From assembly GCA_039194325.1 (NCBI GenBank), contig JBCCWC010000003.1, positions 32,001 through 96,000 on the forward strand: DNA of 64,000 nt, given 5' to 3'. This DNA comes from Myxococcota bacterium (GTDB taxonomy: Bacteria; Myxococcota_A; Polyangia; Nannocystales; Nannocystaceae). Every line of letters begins with the position of its first letter. The stretch's first letter is position 1. The notes beneath the pieces are model-generated. The model was given only the letters and a program-made list of their open reading frames with translations. It was not told the origin of the DNA and did no database searches. Shown here in pieces: positions 40,846-50,070 of this stretch. A program made the translations under genes and the position numbers.

Positions 40846-41367
40846 ATGGATGACCACCCCGGCCCGGTGCTCGAAGACGGCGTGCTTCGGTTGCGCCCGC
40901 TGACCTTGTTGGAGGTCGCCGCGTGGCATGCTGGCGAGGACGAGGAGGTCCGCAAGTGGTTCCAGTTCCCGCGCCCTTCTTCGCGGCAGGACGTGACCCT
41001 GGCCATCAAGGCCTGGAAGCGCTCGTGGAGCGAGGGAGGCCCCGTTCGTCACTTCGGCGTGTGGGTGATCGAGCAGGACACGCTGGTCGGCGGGATCGAG
41101 GTGCGCGATCGGGGCGAGGGAGCGGCCTATCTGTCGTATATGATCTTTGCCGACCACCGCCGTCACGGCCACGCCACTCGGGCGGTGCGCTTGGCCGTGG
41201 ACTACGCGCGCAAGGCCTTGCCGGTGGAGCGCGTCGTGATCATCACCGACATGACCAACCTCGCCTCGCGCGGGGTCGCGGAGGGGGCTGGGTTCGAACT
41301 CGACGGTCCCGCCGATCCCCGTGAGCACGTCGAGATCGGCGAGATGATCCGCTACATACGGTCTTGA
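40846..41367 (+). CDS. GNAT N-acetyltransferase (RimJ/RimL-like)
   Basis: LRLRPL, HRRHGHATRAV, NLASRGVAEGAGF. Confidence 0.9.
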   Translation: MDDHPGPVLEDGVLRLRPLTLLEVAAWHAGEDEEVRKWFQFPRPSSRQDVTLAIKAWKRSWSEGGPVRHFGVWVIEQDTLVGGIEVRDRGEGAAYLSYMIFADHRRHGHATRAVRLAVDYARKALPVERVVIITDMTNLASRGVAEGAGFELDGPADPREHVEIGEMIRYIRS

Positions 41368-41395
41368 TCGGTTATCGCGCTGAGGAACTAGTCAC

Positions 41396-41854
41396 ATGGC
41401 TTCGAAGAACATCCGCCCCACCCCGCCGCCAGCGGGTCCTGCCCTGGTGCGACCCGCCGTAGGTGCACTGCTACTGTCGCTGAGCGGGCCTGCATGTGGC
41501 GACGACGACAGCTCGGGCACGGCCAACGACAGCATCGCTCCGATGCCTCCGCCCACCACCGAGTCTACGACCATCGGTGAGGAATCGACGACCATCATCG
41601 CGCCCATGCCCCCGCCACCCATGCCTCCCCCGCCCATGCCTCCCCCGACGGGCGACGGGACTACCGGCACGAGCGAGAGCGATTCGGGCACCGGGAGCAC
41701 GAGCGGGGGCGACTCGGGCACCGGGAGCACGAGCGGGGGCGACTCGAGCACCGGGAGCAGCTCGGGCGCGGGCGCGACGACAGTGATCCCACCCATGCCG
41801 CCTCCGCCCATGCCCCCGCCACCCATGCCTCCGCCATCGACCAGCGACGAATGA
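41396..41854 (+). CDS. Low-complexity lipoprotein with seven PMPPP units
   Basis: LLLSLSGPAC-GDDD lipobox; three PMPPP blocks separated by S/T/G linkers; GAGGA upstream. Confidence 0.75.
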   Translation: MASKNIRPTPPPAGPALVRPAVGALLLSLSGPACGDDDSSGTANDSIAPMPPPTTESTTIGEESTTIIAPMPPPPMPPPPMPPPTGDGTTGTSESDSGTGSTSGGDSGTGSTSGGDSSTGSSSGAGATTVIPPMPPPPMPPPPMPPPSTSDE

Positions 41855-41928
41855 ATGAATGAATGAAGGATCGGCCCACGCGATCGTCGATGACGACCGG
41901 TGACCGCGTTGCTCACCGCTAGAACGCC

Positions 41929-42945
41929 TTGCTCGTGGTGCACCGCTCCATCCGTCGCGCGTATCGAGGCTCTCGCCGCCGGATCGTCTCGCCGCAATGG
42001 CGGGCCTGGCTCGCCGAGAACCTGCTACGTGGGGTCGATCCGCGCGAGCTGGTCGAGGGCCTGGTCGGCGGCGGCGTACCAGCAGCGCAGGCCAAGCACA
42101 CCGTGAGCGCGATCGTGCGATCACCCCTGCTCGCGGTTGCTCGACGCGAGGCGACCCGCTCGCACCAGCTCGGCCTCATTACCCGATTGCTTGGTGGGCG
42201 AGGCGAGCCGCTCGCCATCCCGAGGGTGCCGGCTCCGGCGGCCGACGAGTTCTTCTCGCGCTACTGGTCCACTTCGACTCCGGCGATCTTCGTGGACATC
42301 GTGCCCCGATGGCGAGCCCACTGGTCGCCAACGAGCCTACGCGAGCGCTTTGGCGAGGCCATGATCGAGGCGTGTACCGGTCGCGATGATGACCCCCAAC
42401 CCGACGCCAACTGGGACGCCCACCGCCGGGAGCTGCCCCTGGCCGAGTACATCGACCGCATGTTGGGCCTCGATCGCAGCAACGACCTCTACCTCATCGC
42501 CAACAACCGCAACACCGCGCGGCCACAGCTGCGAGCGCTGTGGGACGACGTGGTGCTACCCGAGGGCTGGTTCGACGAGCCGCGGCTACCCCGAGGCTCG
42601 GCGCTGTGGCTGGGGCCAGCGGGCACTGTGACTCCGCTGCACCACGACACCTCGAACATCCTGTTTTGCCAGATCCACGGGCGTAAGCGGATCGTGCTGG
42701 CGCCACCGTGGGCGACAGCGTTACTCGACACCGCGCGGGGCGTCTATAACGCTCGCACCCCGGGGGATCTGGCGGACGAGGGCATCGAGTCCATCGAGCT
42801 GACCCTCGGTCCGGGCGAGGCGTTGTTCCTCCCGGTGGGGTGGTGGCATGATGTACGAGCGCTGGATGTCTCGGTGAGTCTGGCGATCAATGCGTTTGCA
42901 CGGGACAATCGCTTTGAGTGGTACCGGCTTGGTGGGCCGTGCTAG
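41929..42945 (+). CDS. JmjC/cupin_8 Fe(II)/2-oxoglutarate oxygenase
   Basis: LWLGPAGTVTPLHHD, QIHGRKR, PGEALFLPVGWWHDV; start uncertain. Confidence 0.92.
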   Translation: MLVVHRSIRRAYRGSRRRIVSPQWRAWLAENLLRGVDPRELVEGLVGGGVPAAQAKHTVSAIVRSPLLAVARREATRSHQLGLITRLLGGRGEPLAIPRVPAPAADEFFSRYWSTSTPAIFVDIVPRWRAHWSPTSLRERFGEAMIEACTGRDDDPQPDANWDAHRRELPLAEYIDRMLGLDRSNDLYLIANNRNTARPQLRALWDDVVLPEGWFDEPRLPRGSALWLGPAGTVTPLHHDTSNILFCQIHGRKRIVLAPPWATALLDTARGVYNARTPGDLADEGIESIELTLGPGEALFLPVGWWHDVRALDVSVSLAINAFARDNRFEWYRLGGPC

Positions 42946-42951
42946 GCGGTC

Positions 42952-44466
42952 TTACTGGGCCGCCCGGACGGTGATCACCGCCGCCTTCCCCGCCTTGCGG
43001 TCCTTGTCGCGGCGCACGACCACCCGCCCCTCGGGCAGCCCAAAGCGATCCGAAGCGTGATTGGCCACCCGCTCGGCGGCCTCGGGAGATCGGGGGATCC
43101 ACACCTCGAGGGTGGAACGAGAGAACACCCCGGCCAAGAAGCCCACCTCGGAGACCAGCGACGACTCGGCCTCCGCGTTGAGACGTCGCCCGGGCACGGT
43201 GCGGACCAAGAGAGTCTCGGCGTCCCCGCGGGCCGCCACCCGCGACGTCTTGGGCGTCAGCGCGGTGGTTTCCCGGGCCAAGTCGGCGATGATCGTGGCG
43301 GACAGCGGCACCCGCTCGGGCGGCGGGGTGGTCAGCAAGCCGATCTCGCGCCATAGGTCCCAGGTGCGATGGAAGAGGGCATCGAGGTTGACCGCGCTCC
43401 GCCCCGAGAGCCCAGCGGCCTGCGCCGCCTCGTGCAGATCGGTGAACTCCAGCCAACCCAGGGCGTCGATCAGATCGACCGCCTCGGGGGCGCTCTTTTG
43501 CGCCGCGAGCTGACGAGCGGCCTCGGGCGGGTCGGCCGACAGCGTGCGCGCGCCGTCCATCCAGGTCTTGGACCAGCGCGCGAGCGCGGCTCGGCGGCGC
43601 TCGACGACGCCCAAGGGCGCCACCGCGACCACGGGCACCAGGTGGGTGGCATCGGCAGTGGACATGACCAGCCGGCGTGCGTCGAGCTCCCGCGACTTAC
43701 GGCGCTGGACCGCCTCGAGGCTGGCCCGCTTCTTCTTGTTGCCCTCGACCAGCTTGACCCGATTGGGCGAGACCCCGGCTTGGTCGAGGGCGAAAAGAGC
43801 GAGCAAGGTCTCGGACGAGCCGGCCGCCCCGCTGACCCGCACCTCGCCCCGTGGGGGCTGGCGCAGCAGGTCGGCGTCGCCGACCATCGCATCGCGACCG
43901 CGCGACCAGGCCACCACGAAGAACACCTGCGGCGACAGAGCCCGCAACCGCTCATACGAGGCCGCGAAGGCGGGCAGGGGCATCAAGGCCACGTCGGCCC
44001 CTTTGTCGTCCTTGCCGCCGCGGCCCAGTCGAACCTCGACCTGCTCGGCATCAGACACCGCGGCGAAGGTCACGTCGAGGCCAACCTCCTTGAAACGGCT
44101 CTGCTCGCCCGCTTTCATCCCGCCGTTGGCGAGCACGCCCGGGGCGAGGATCTCCCAACCCAGGGCGACCACGCGCAGGGGCTCGGGCTCAGCGGGGACG
44201 GCCGCGTCACCCTTGCCCTCGCTCTCGTCCGCCGAGGCATCGCCCGAGGCCCCCTTCGAGGCATCCGACGAGGCATCACCCGAGGCATCGGGCGAGCCGT
44301 CGGCGCTCTTGGCCGGGGTCGACGAGGCGTCATCGTCCGGCGCGGCAGCCTCGCCGTCTTTCGAGTCGTCGGCCTCGGGCATCGGCGGGGCCTGTCGCAT
44401 CACGCCCACCGCGGCCACGGTGCCGAGCATCCCCAACAAACTGAGAAATACGAAGGTACGTCGCAT
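42952..44466 (-). CDS. Exported protein resembling an NMT1/SsuA-type substrate-binding protein
   Basis: Signal peptide, acidic linker, ANGG...F...GLDV, WSRGRDAMV; no transporter adjacent. Confidence 0.6.
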   Translation of the reverse strand: MRRTFVFLSLLGMLGTVAAVGVMRQAPPMPEADDSKDGEAAAPDDDASSTPAKSADGSPDASGDASSDASKGASGDASADESEGKGDAAVPAEPEPLRVVALGWEILAPGVLANGGMKAGEQSRFKEVGLDVTFAAVSDAEQVEVRLGRGGKDDKGADVALMPLPAFAASYERLRALSPQVFFVVAWSRGRDAMVGDADLLRQPPRGEVRVSGAAGSSETLLALFALDQAGVSPNRVKLVEGNKKKRASLEAVQRRKSRELDARRLVMSTADATHLVPVVAVAPLGVVERRRAALARWSKTWMDGARTLSADPPEAARQLAAQKSAPEAVDLIDALGWLEFTDLHEAAQAAGLSGRSAVNLDALFHRTWDLWREIGLLTTPPPERVPLSATIIADLARETTALTPKTSRVAARGDAETLLVRTVPGRRLNAEAESSLVSEVGFLAGVFSRSTLEVWIPRSPEAAERVANHASDRFGLPEGRVVVRRDKDRKAGKAAVITVRAAQ

Positions 44467-44482
44467 CGACCCTGGCTATCCC

Positions 44483-45670
44483 TTACCACCGTGAGTTGCC
44501 GAAGCCCCGGGCTTCGGGATACTCGGACTTGATCATCGGCTTGAGCATGTCGATGGGAATGGCGAGGTTGAGGTTCTCGCCCCACAGCTTGGCCACGGTC
44601 ACCCCCACGACGTCGCCATACTCGTTGAAGACCGGCCCGCCCGAGTTTCCGGGCGACACGGGGGCCGACATCTGGATGTACTTCTTGCCCTCGTAGACTC
44701 GGCGCGAGGACACCATGCCGTCGGTCATCGTGTGCTCCAGGCCGATCGGGTTGCCGATGACGATGACTGGCTCACCCACCACCACATCATCGGAATCGCC
44801 GAGCACGACCGCGTCGGGCATGTCCTTGGTCTTGATCCGCAGCACGGCCAGATCCTGCTCGGGGTTGGTCTCGAGCAGCTCGACATCGTCGGCCATGGTG
44901 CCGTCGAAGAGCTTGACCTCGATCTTGTTGGCCCCGTCGACCACGTGGTTGTTGGTGGCGATCGTGCCGCTGTCGTCGATGACGAAGCCGGTGCCCATCC
45001 CCGAGCCCCGGGGTGTCTCGGTGCTAATCGTCACCACCGACGGCGCCCACTCCTTGAACAGATCAGCGGGCTCGAGCTTGTCGCGCTCTTTTTCCTTGGG
45101 CGCGGGGGTGTACTCGGCGCCCTCGGCTGGTGCCGCGTCTTGTTCGGTCTTGCCCTCGCCGGCCTTGACATCGCCGGCCTTGCCCTCGCCGGCCTTGCCC
45201 TCGGGGGTCTCGGCCTCCTCGGGCTTGCCCTCGGGTTCCGCGGCGTCGGACTCGGCGGCGTCCGCTGGGCCATGAGCACCCGCCGTCCAGCGAGTGGCCC
45301 ACGCCACGCGGGACAAACCATGCTCGTCGAAGCGCGCGGCCTGGGCCTCCAGGGGAGCTTGCAGCAGGGTGCTGCCCAGCACCACGGTCGCGGTGGCCCC
45401 CCCCATCCAGATCATGGCCAGCACGTCGGAGACCAGACCGGGGCGAGCCGAGCCGTCCTTGGGCAAGAGCCGGTCGGCCACCACCAGGGGGACCGCGGCC
45501 ACCACCACTGCGGCCACCCCGAGCTGGACCCAGAGGTTGTCGGTCCACAGCCCGACGAGGCTCATCAGCACGGCCAGTGAGACCGCAATTCCCAAGGTGA
45601 TCGCCAAGAGCTTGACCGGGCCGGTCAACCACCGAAGCGAAGGGGGCCGCGGGTCGTCGTTCGAGTCCAT
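44483..45670 (-). CDS. Membrane-anchored trypsin-like serine protease (HtrA-type, no PDZ)
   Basis: GTGFVI, TNNHVV, DLAVL, PGNSGGP; three N-terminal TM segments. Confidence 0.93.
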   Translation of the reverse strand: MDSNDDPRPPSLRWLTGPVKLLAITLGIAVSLAVLMSLVGLWTDNLWVQLGVAAVVVAAVPLVVADRLLPKDGSARPGLVSDVLAMIWMGGATATVVLGSTLLQAPLEAQAARFDEHGLSRVAWATRWTAGAHGPADAAESDAAEPEGKPEEAETPEGKAGEGKAGDVKAGEGKTEQDAAPAEGAEYTPAPKEKERDKLEPADLFKEWAPSVVTISTETPRGSGMGTGFVIDDSGTIATNNHVVDGANKIEVKLFDGTMADDVELLETNPEQDLAVLRIKTKDMPDAVVLGDSDDVVVGEPVIVIGNPIGLEHTMTDGMVSSRRVYEGKKYIQMSAPVSPGNSGGPVFNEYGDVVGVTVAKLWGENLNLAIPIDMLKPMIKSEYPEARGFGNSRW

Positions 45671-45750
45671 CCGTTCCTCCTGGATCCTCCCAACCGAGGT
45701 ACCCTTGGAGTATTTCGGATTTCAAGGCCTACGCGGTCGACTCACCGATT

Positions 45751-45825
45751 CACGCCGGATCCACGCCCGGATCCACGCCCGGATCCACGCCCGGAACCAC
45801 GCTGGATCCACGCCCGGAACCACGG
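45751..45825. repeat. Intergenic 11/12-bp tandem repeat CACGCCCGGA(T/A)C about x6
   Basis: Read directly; two units are 11 bp. Confidence 0.9.
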
Positions 45826-45991
45826 TTAGGACGGGGCACGGCCCCGCTCGCGGCGAATCGTCCCGCGGGCCACCCGCTCGGCGCCGCTCGAACTCCGAGG
45901 AGGGGCGATGTGCCCGCTCGCACACCAAAAAACGGCGTTGGAGTCGCGATTGCGCGCTCGACAGGCGGGTGCCATGCTCGCTGGACCGCCC

Positions 45992-46936
45992 ATGGAGCAG
46001 CCCCACATCGACCCGGGTCTGGACCTCGAAGACGAGATCGTGCGCCTCAAGAAGGAGCGCAATGCCGTCATTTTGGCCCACTATTATCAGGAATCGGAGA
46101 TCCAGGAGCTTGCCGATTTCTTGGGTGACTCGCTGGCCTTGGCGCAGGCGGCCCGCGACACCCAAGCCGACGTCATCGTGTTCTGCGGGGTCCATTTTAT
46201 GGCCGAGACGGCCAAGATCCTCAACCCGGAGCGGCGAGTGCTCTTGCCCGATCTCGACGCGGGCTGCTCGCTGGCCAGCGGCTGTCCGGGCGACCGCTTC
46301 CGGGCCTGGCGCCAGCGGCACCCTGAGGCAGTCGCGGTCAGCTACATCAATTGCTCGGCCGAGGTGAAGGCGGCCAGCGACATCATCTGTACGTCGTCCA
46401 ACGCCGAGGCGGTGATCCGCTCGATCCCAAAGAGCACGCCGATCCTCTTTGCGCCCGATGCCAACCTCGGCCGATACCTGATGAAGCAGACCGGGCGCGA
46501 CATGAAGCTGTGGCAGGGCAGCTGCATCGTCCACGAGACCTTCAGCCAGCGCAAGCTCATCGCCCTGCAGACCAAGCACCCGGGCGCCAAGATCATCGCC
46601 CATCCCGAGTGCGAAGAGCCGATCTTGGCCATGGCGGATTTCATCGGCTCCACCACCAAGCTGCTGCGCTACGCCACCGACAGCGAACACCAAGAGTTCA
46701 TCGTAGCCACTGAGCCGGGCATCATCACGCAGATGAGCAAGGCGGCACCGCAAAAGACGTACATCCCGGCGCCGCCGCAGAACTCGTGTGCATGCAACGA
46801 GTGCCCGTTCATGCGGCTCAACACGCTGGAGAAGCTCTACACCTGCCTGCGCGACATGAGCCCCGAGCTGACCATGCCGGTGGCCCTACGCGAGGCCGCC
46901 CGGGCGCCCATCGACCGCATGCTCGCGCTGTCTTGA
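45992..46936 (+). CDS. nadA: Quinolinate synthase
   Basis: [53 protein letters not shown]. Confidence 0.98.
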   Translation: MEQPHIDPGLDLEDEIVRLKKERNAVILAHYYQESEIQELADFLGDSLALAQAARDTQADVIVFCGVHFMAETAKILNPERRVLLPDLDAGCSLASGCPGDRFRAWRQRHPEAVAVSYINCSAEVKAASDIICTSSNAEAVIRSIPKSTPILFAPDANLGRYLMKQTGRDMKLWQGSCIVHETFSQRKLIALQTKHPGAKIIAHPECEEPILAMADFIGSTTKLLRYATDSEHQEFIVATEPGIITQMSKAAPQKTYIPAPPQNSCACNECPFMRLNTLEKLYTCLRDMSPELTMPVALREAARAPIDRMLALS

Positions 46937-47582
46937 GCGTGCGCGCGCTCGAAGCGGCGCCGTCGGCATCATCGTGGACCCAGGGCCGCTCGAGACCAGA
47001 GGCGAGCCGCGCGGCAGTGGCGGGCCCCGAGCCACGCACCGGCGCGGCGTCCTTCGGCTGGCGCGTCGAGCCCATCACGGCTTGAGGGTCGTGAGCCAAG
47101 GCTCCAAAAAAGCTTGCATGACCAGTGTCACTATCCAAAATAATTATGATTGGGTCAAAAGGGCCGGTTCGTGCCTCCTGGGAGGCAAACCGCAGCATAC
47201 GCGTCAGCCTGCGACCGCGGATGCGCGATGGATCTCCGCCCCAGCTCAAGAGCGCGTGGCACGAACGGATCCGTACCAATCTGCCACAGTCGCACTGGAG
47301 ATCCCGCTCCGCAACCGATACCCGTCCACGTAATTTCGAGGCCAACGCCGACTCGTTCGGATCCAGCTCGAGCTCGGAAGCTCGACTTCGGAGCTCGATC
47401 GCAGATGTGCTGGATCGCTTGTTGCATTTCGATCATAACGTGCCGCAAACCGGCGAGAACCGGCGATTGGCGGCGCCAACGCTCACTCCATCCGAGTCGA
47501 CCGTCGATCACCCGACGGTACACCGACGATGCGTAGGCCGTCTTCGGGAGGTCTTGATCACACGCATGCTCGGGTCGTGCGC

Positions 47583-47612
47583 TTGACAAACACCCTTGGC
47601 GTCGCCAATGCT
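47583..47612 (+). promoter_or_regulatory. Candidate sigma70 promoter for egtBD
   Basis: Perfect TTGACA, 18-bp spacer, weak -10 AATGCT. Confidence 0.35.
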
Positions 47613-47695
47613 CCCGCCGAACGCATCCCACGAGATCCCGCGCGAGCGTGAGACACCCTCTTCCTGACGCACGCCGGAGTTTCGCCCGACTCGTC

Positions 47696-49003
47696 ATGTC
47701 TGCTTCGCTCGACGTCCCCGCGGCCTCCTCTCGTCCGGGGATTCCGTGGGTCCCCGCGGCTGACTTGATCGAGCGCTATCCGGCCATAAGGGCGGCCACG
47801 CGAGCGCTGACGGACCCGCTGGAGATCGAGGACTACGGGCTGCAATCGATGACCGAGGCCAGCCCGGCCAAGTGGCACCTGGCCCATACCACTTGGTTCT
47901 TCGAGACCTTCGTACTCGCCCGAGAGTCGGACCATGTGCCGTTTCATCCGCGCTACGGCTACCTGTTCAACTCGTACTACGAGACGGTAGGTCGCATGCA
48001 CTCGCGGCCCAAACGGGGCCTACTCACGCGACCCACTGTTGCCGATGTGCAACGGTATCGTGACCATGTCGATCACGCGATGAACCGACTACTCGGTGAG
48101 GGCCCGTCGCCCGAGCTGACCGCGGTGATCGAGGTGGGGCTTCACCACGAGCAGCAGCACCAGGAGCTCATCCTTACGGATCTCAAGCACGGCCTATCGT
48201 GCAACCCGCTGCGACCGGTCTACCGCGAGCTTCCCGCGCCGACGGAGGGCGAGGCGAGCCCGCTGACGTGGCTCGAGCATCCCGGGGGCCTGATGGAGAT
48301 CGGCCACCAGGGGGAGAGCTTTGGCTTCGACAACGAGTTTCCTCGCCATCGCACCTATCTGCGGTCCTTTGCGCTGGGCTCACGCCTTACCACCTGCGGC
48401 GAATACTTGGAGTTCATGGCCGACGGGGGCTACCAACGCTCCGATCTGTGGCTCTCGGCCGGCTGGGACGTGGTGCAGCGAGAGGGCTGGCAGGCGCCGC
48501 TTTACTGGGAGCGCGAGGGCGACGACCCCGACGCGCCCTGGCAGTGCTTCACCTTGGGCGGCATGCGACCGGTACATCCGGCCGAGCCGGTGTGTCACGT
48601 GAGCCTCTACGAAGCCGACGCGTTCGCCCGTTGGCGAGGCTGTCGATTGCCGACTGAGGCCGAGTGGGAGGTCGCCTGCGCGCCACGCCCGCTACACGGC
48701 AACTTCGTCGAGCGCAGCGCGTTCCATCCGGTGGCGCTCCGGCAAGCTCGGGGTCCTGGTCCGCACCAGACCTTTGGTGACGTGTGGGAGTGGACGGCGA
48801 GCGCGTACGGACCCTATCCCGGATTTCGCCCGCTCGGCGGTTCCTTGGCGGAGTACAACGGCAAGTTCATGTGCAACCAGCTCGTGCTGCGAGGAGGCTC
48901 GTGCGCCACCCCGGCGTCACATGCTCGAGCGACCTACCGTAACTTCTTTCCTCCCGAGGCGCGCTGGCAGTTCTCGGGCATTCGACTCGCAAGGGACCCA
49001 TGA
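47696..49003 (+). CDS. egtB: Ergothioneine sulfoxide synthase EgtB
   Basis: QSMTEASPAKWHLAHTTWFFE, FNSYY, HHEQQHQEL, FGFDNE, YNGKFM, YRNFF. Confidence 0.96.
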   Translation: MSASLDVPAASSRPGIPWVPAADLIERYPAIRAATRALTDPLEIEDYGLQSMTEASPAKWHLAHTTWFFETFVLARESDHVPFHPRYGYLFNSYYETVGRMHSRPKRGLLTRPTVADVQRYRDHVDHAMNRLLGEGPSPELTAVIEVGLHHEQQHQELILTDLKHGLSCNPLRPVYRELPAPTEGEASPLTWLEHPGGLMEIGHQGESFGFDNEFPRHRTYLRSFALGSRLTTCGEYLEFMADGGYQRSDLWLSAGWDVVQREGWQAPLYWEREGDDPDAPWQCFTLGGMRPVHPAEPVCHVSLYEADAFARWRGCRLPTEAEWEVACAPRPLHGNFVERSAFHPVALRQARGPGPHQTFGDVWEWTASAYGPYPGFRPLGGSLAEYNGKFMCNQLVLRGGSCATPASHARATYRNFFPPEARWQFSGIRLARDP

Positions 49004-49986
49004 CCGCAGCCGCACTGGCCACCGAATCCGATCTCGACCTGGTCGACCTCTCGCCCGCCGTCGAGCAGTTCCGCCGTGATGTCGTGGAGGCGCTATCACG
49101 ACAGCCGCAGCGAGAGCTGCCGACCCAGTACCTCTACGACGAGCGAGGCTCCCAGCTCTTCGATCGGATCTGCGAGCTCCCCGAGTACTACCCCACCCGC
49201 ACCGAGCTGTCGATCATGGAGCGCGACGCAAAGGCGATGGCCGAAGCCATCGGGCCCGCGGCGCTCGTCATTGAGTACGGAAGCGGGAGCAGCATCAAGA
49301 CCCGTCACCTGCTCGAGCGCTTGTCGCGGGCCGCGGGCTGTGTGCTGGTCGACATCTCGCGCGACCACCTGCTGCGCTCGGCCGAAGCGCTGGCGGAGCG
49401 CTTCGACCACGTCGAAGTGCTGCCCGTGTGCGCCGACTTCACCGCGCCCTTCGACGTGCCGACCCCGCAGGCCAGCGTCCAGCGCCGCGTGGTCTACTTT
49501 CCCGGCTCTACGATCGGCAACTTCCTGCCCGAGCACGCCACCGCCCTGATGCAGCAGATGGCCGAGCAGGTGGGCCCGGGGGGAGGCCTGCTCATCGGGA
49601 CCGATCTACGCAAGGATCCGGCCGTGCTCGAGGCGGCGTACAACGACGCCCAAGGCGTGACCGCGGAGTTCAACCTCAACCTGCTGCGCCGCATCAACCG
49701 AGAGCTGGGCGCCAACTTCCGGCTCGATGCGTGGCGCCACCAGGCGATCTACGACCAGGAGCTGGGGCGGATCGAGATGCTGCTCGTCAGCCGCGAAGAT
49801 CAGGTGATCGAGGTGGCCGGCCAGCACTTCAGCATGACGCGAGGCGAGGCGATCCGCACCGAGTACTCGCACAAGTATGCGATCGAGGGCTTCCATCGCA
49901 TGGCGAGCAAAACCGGGTTCGAGCCGGTGCAGGTGTGGACCGACCCGCAGCAGTTGTTTGCGGTCCACCTGCTCGAGCGACGCTAG
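49000..49986 (+). CDS. egtD: L-histidine N-alpha-methyltransferase EgtD
   Basis: YDERGSQLFDRICELPEYYPTRTE, GSGSS, GSTIGN, AYND, TEYSHKY. Confidence 0.97.
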   Translation: MTAAALATESDLDLVDLSPAVEQFRRDVVEALSRQPQRELPTQYLYDERGSQLFDRICELPEYYPTRTELSIMERDAKAMAEAIGPAALVIEYGSGSSIKTRHLLERLSRAAGCVLVDISRDHLLRSAEALAERFDHVEVLPVCADFTAPFDVPTPQASVQRRVVYFPGSTIGNFLPEHATALMQQMAEQVGPGGGLLIGTDLRKDPAVLEAAYNDAQGVTAEFNLNLLRRINRELGANFRLDAWRHQAIYDQELGRIEMLLVSREDQVIEVAGQHFSMTRGEAIRTEYSHKYAIEGFHRMASKTGFEPVQVWTDPQQLFAVHLLERR

Positions 49987-50070
49987 CAAGAGACGAGCGC
50001 GGGTTTCTTCGGGGTCTGGACTAAGTAGGATATTATCCTACTCAAAGGTCCCTCGGCCGTCGGCCCCCTC

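Noticed and set aside
41863..41928. Read-through from ATG 41863 across TAG 41920 into the JmjC gene
   Set aside because: No recoding signal, and the upstream peptide is not JmjC-like
47180..47240. c-di-GMP-I riboswitch (GGCAAACC)
   Set aside because: No GAAA tetraloop stem or GACGCAAAG after the motif
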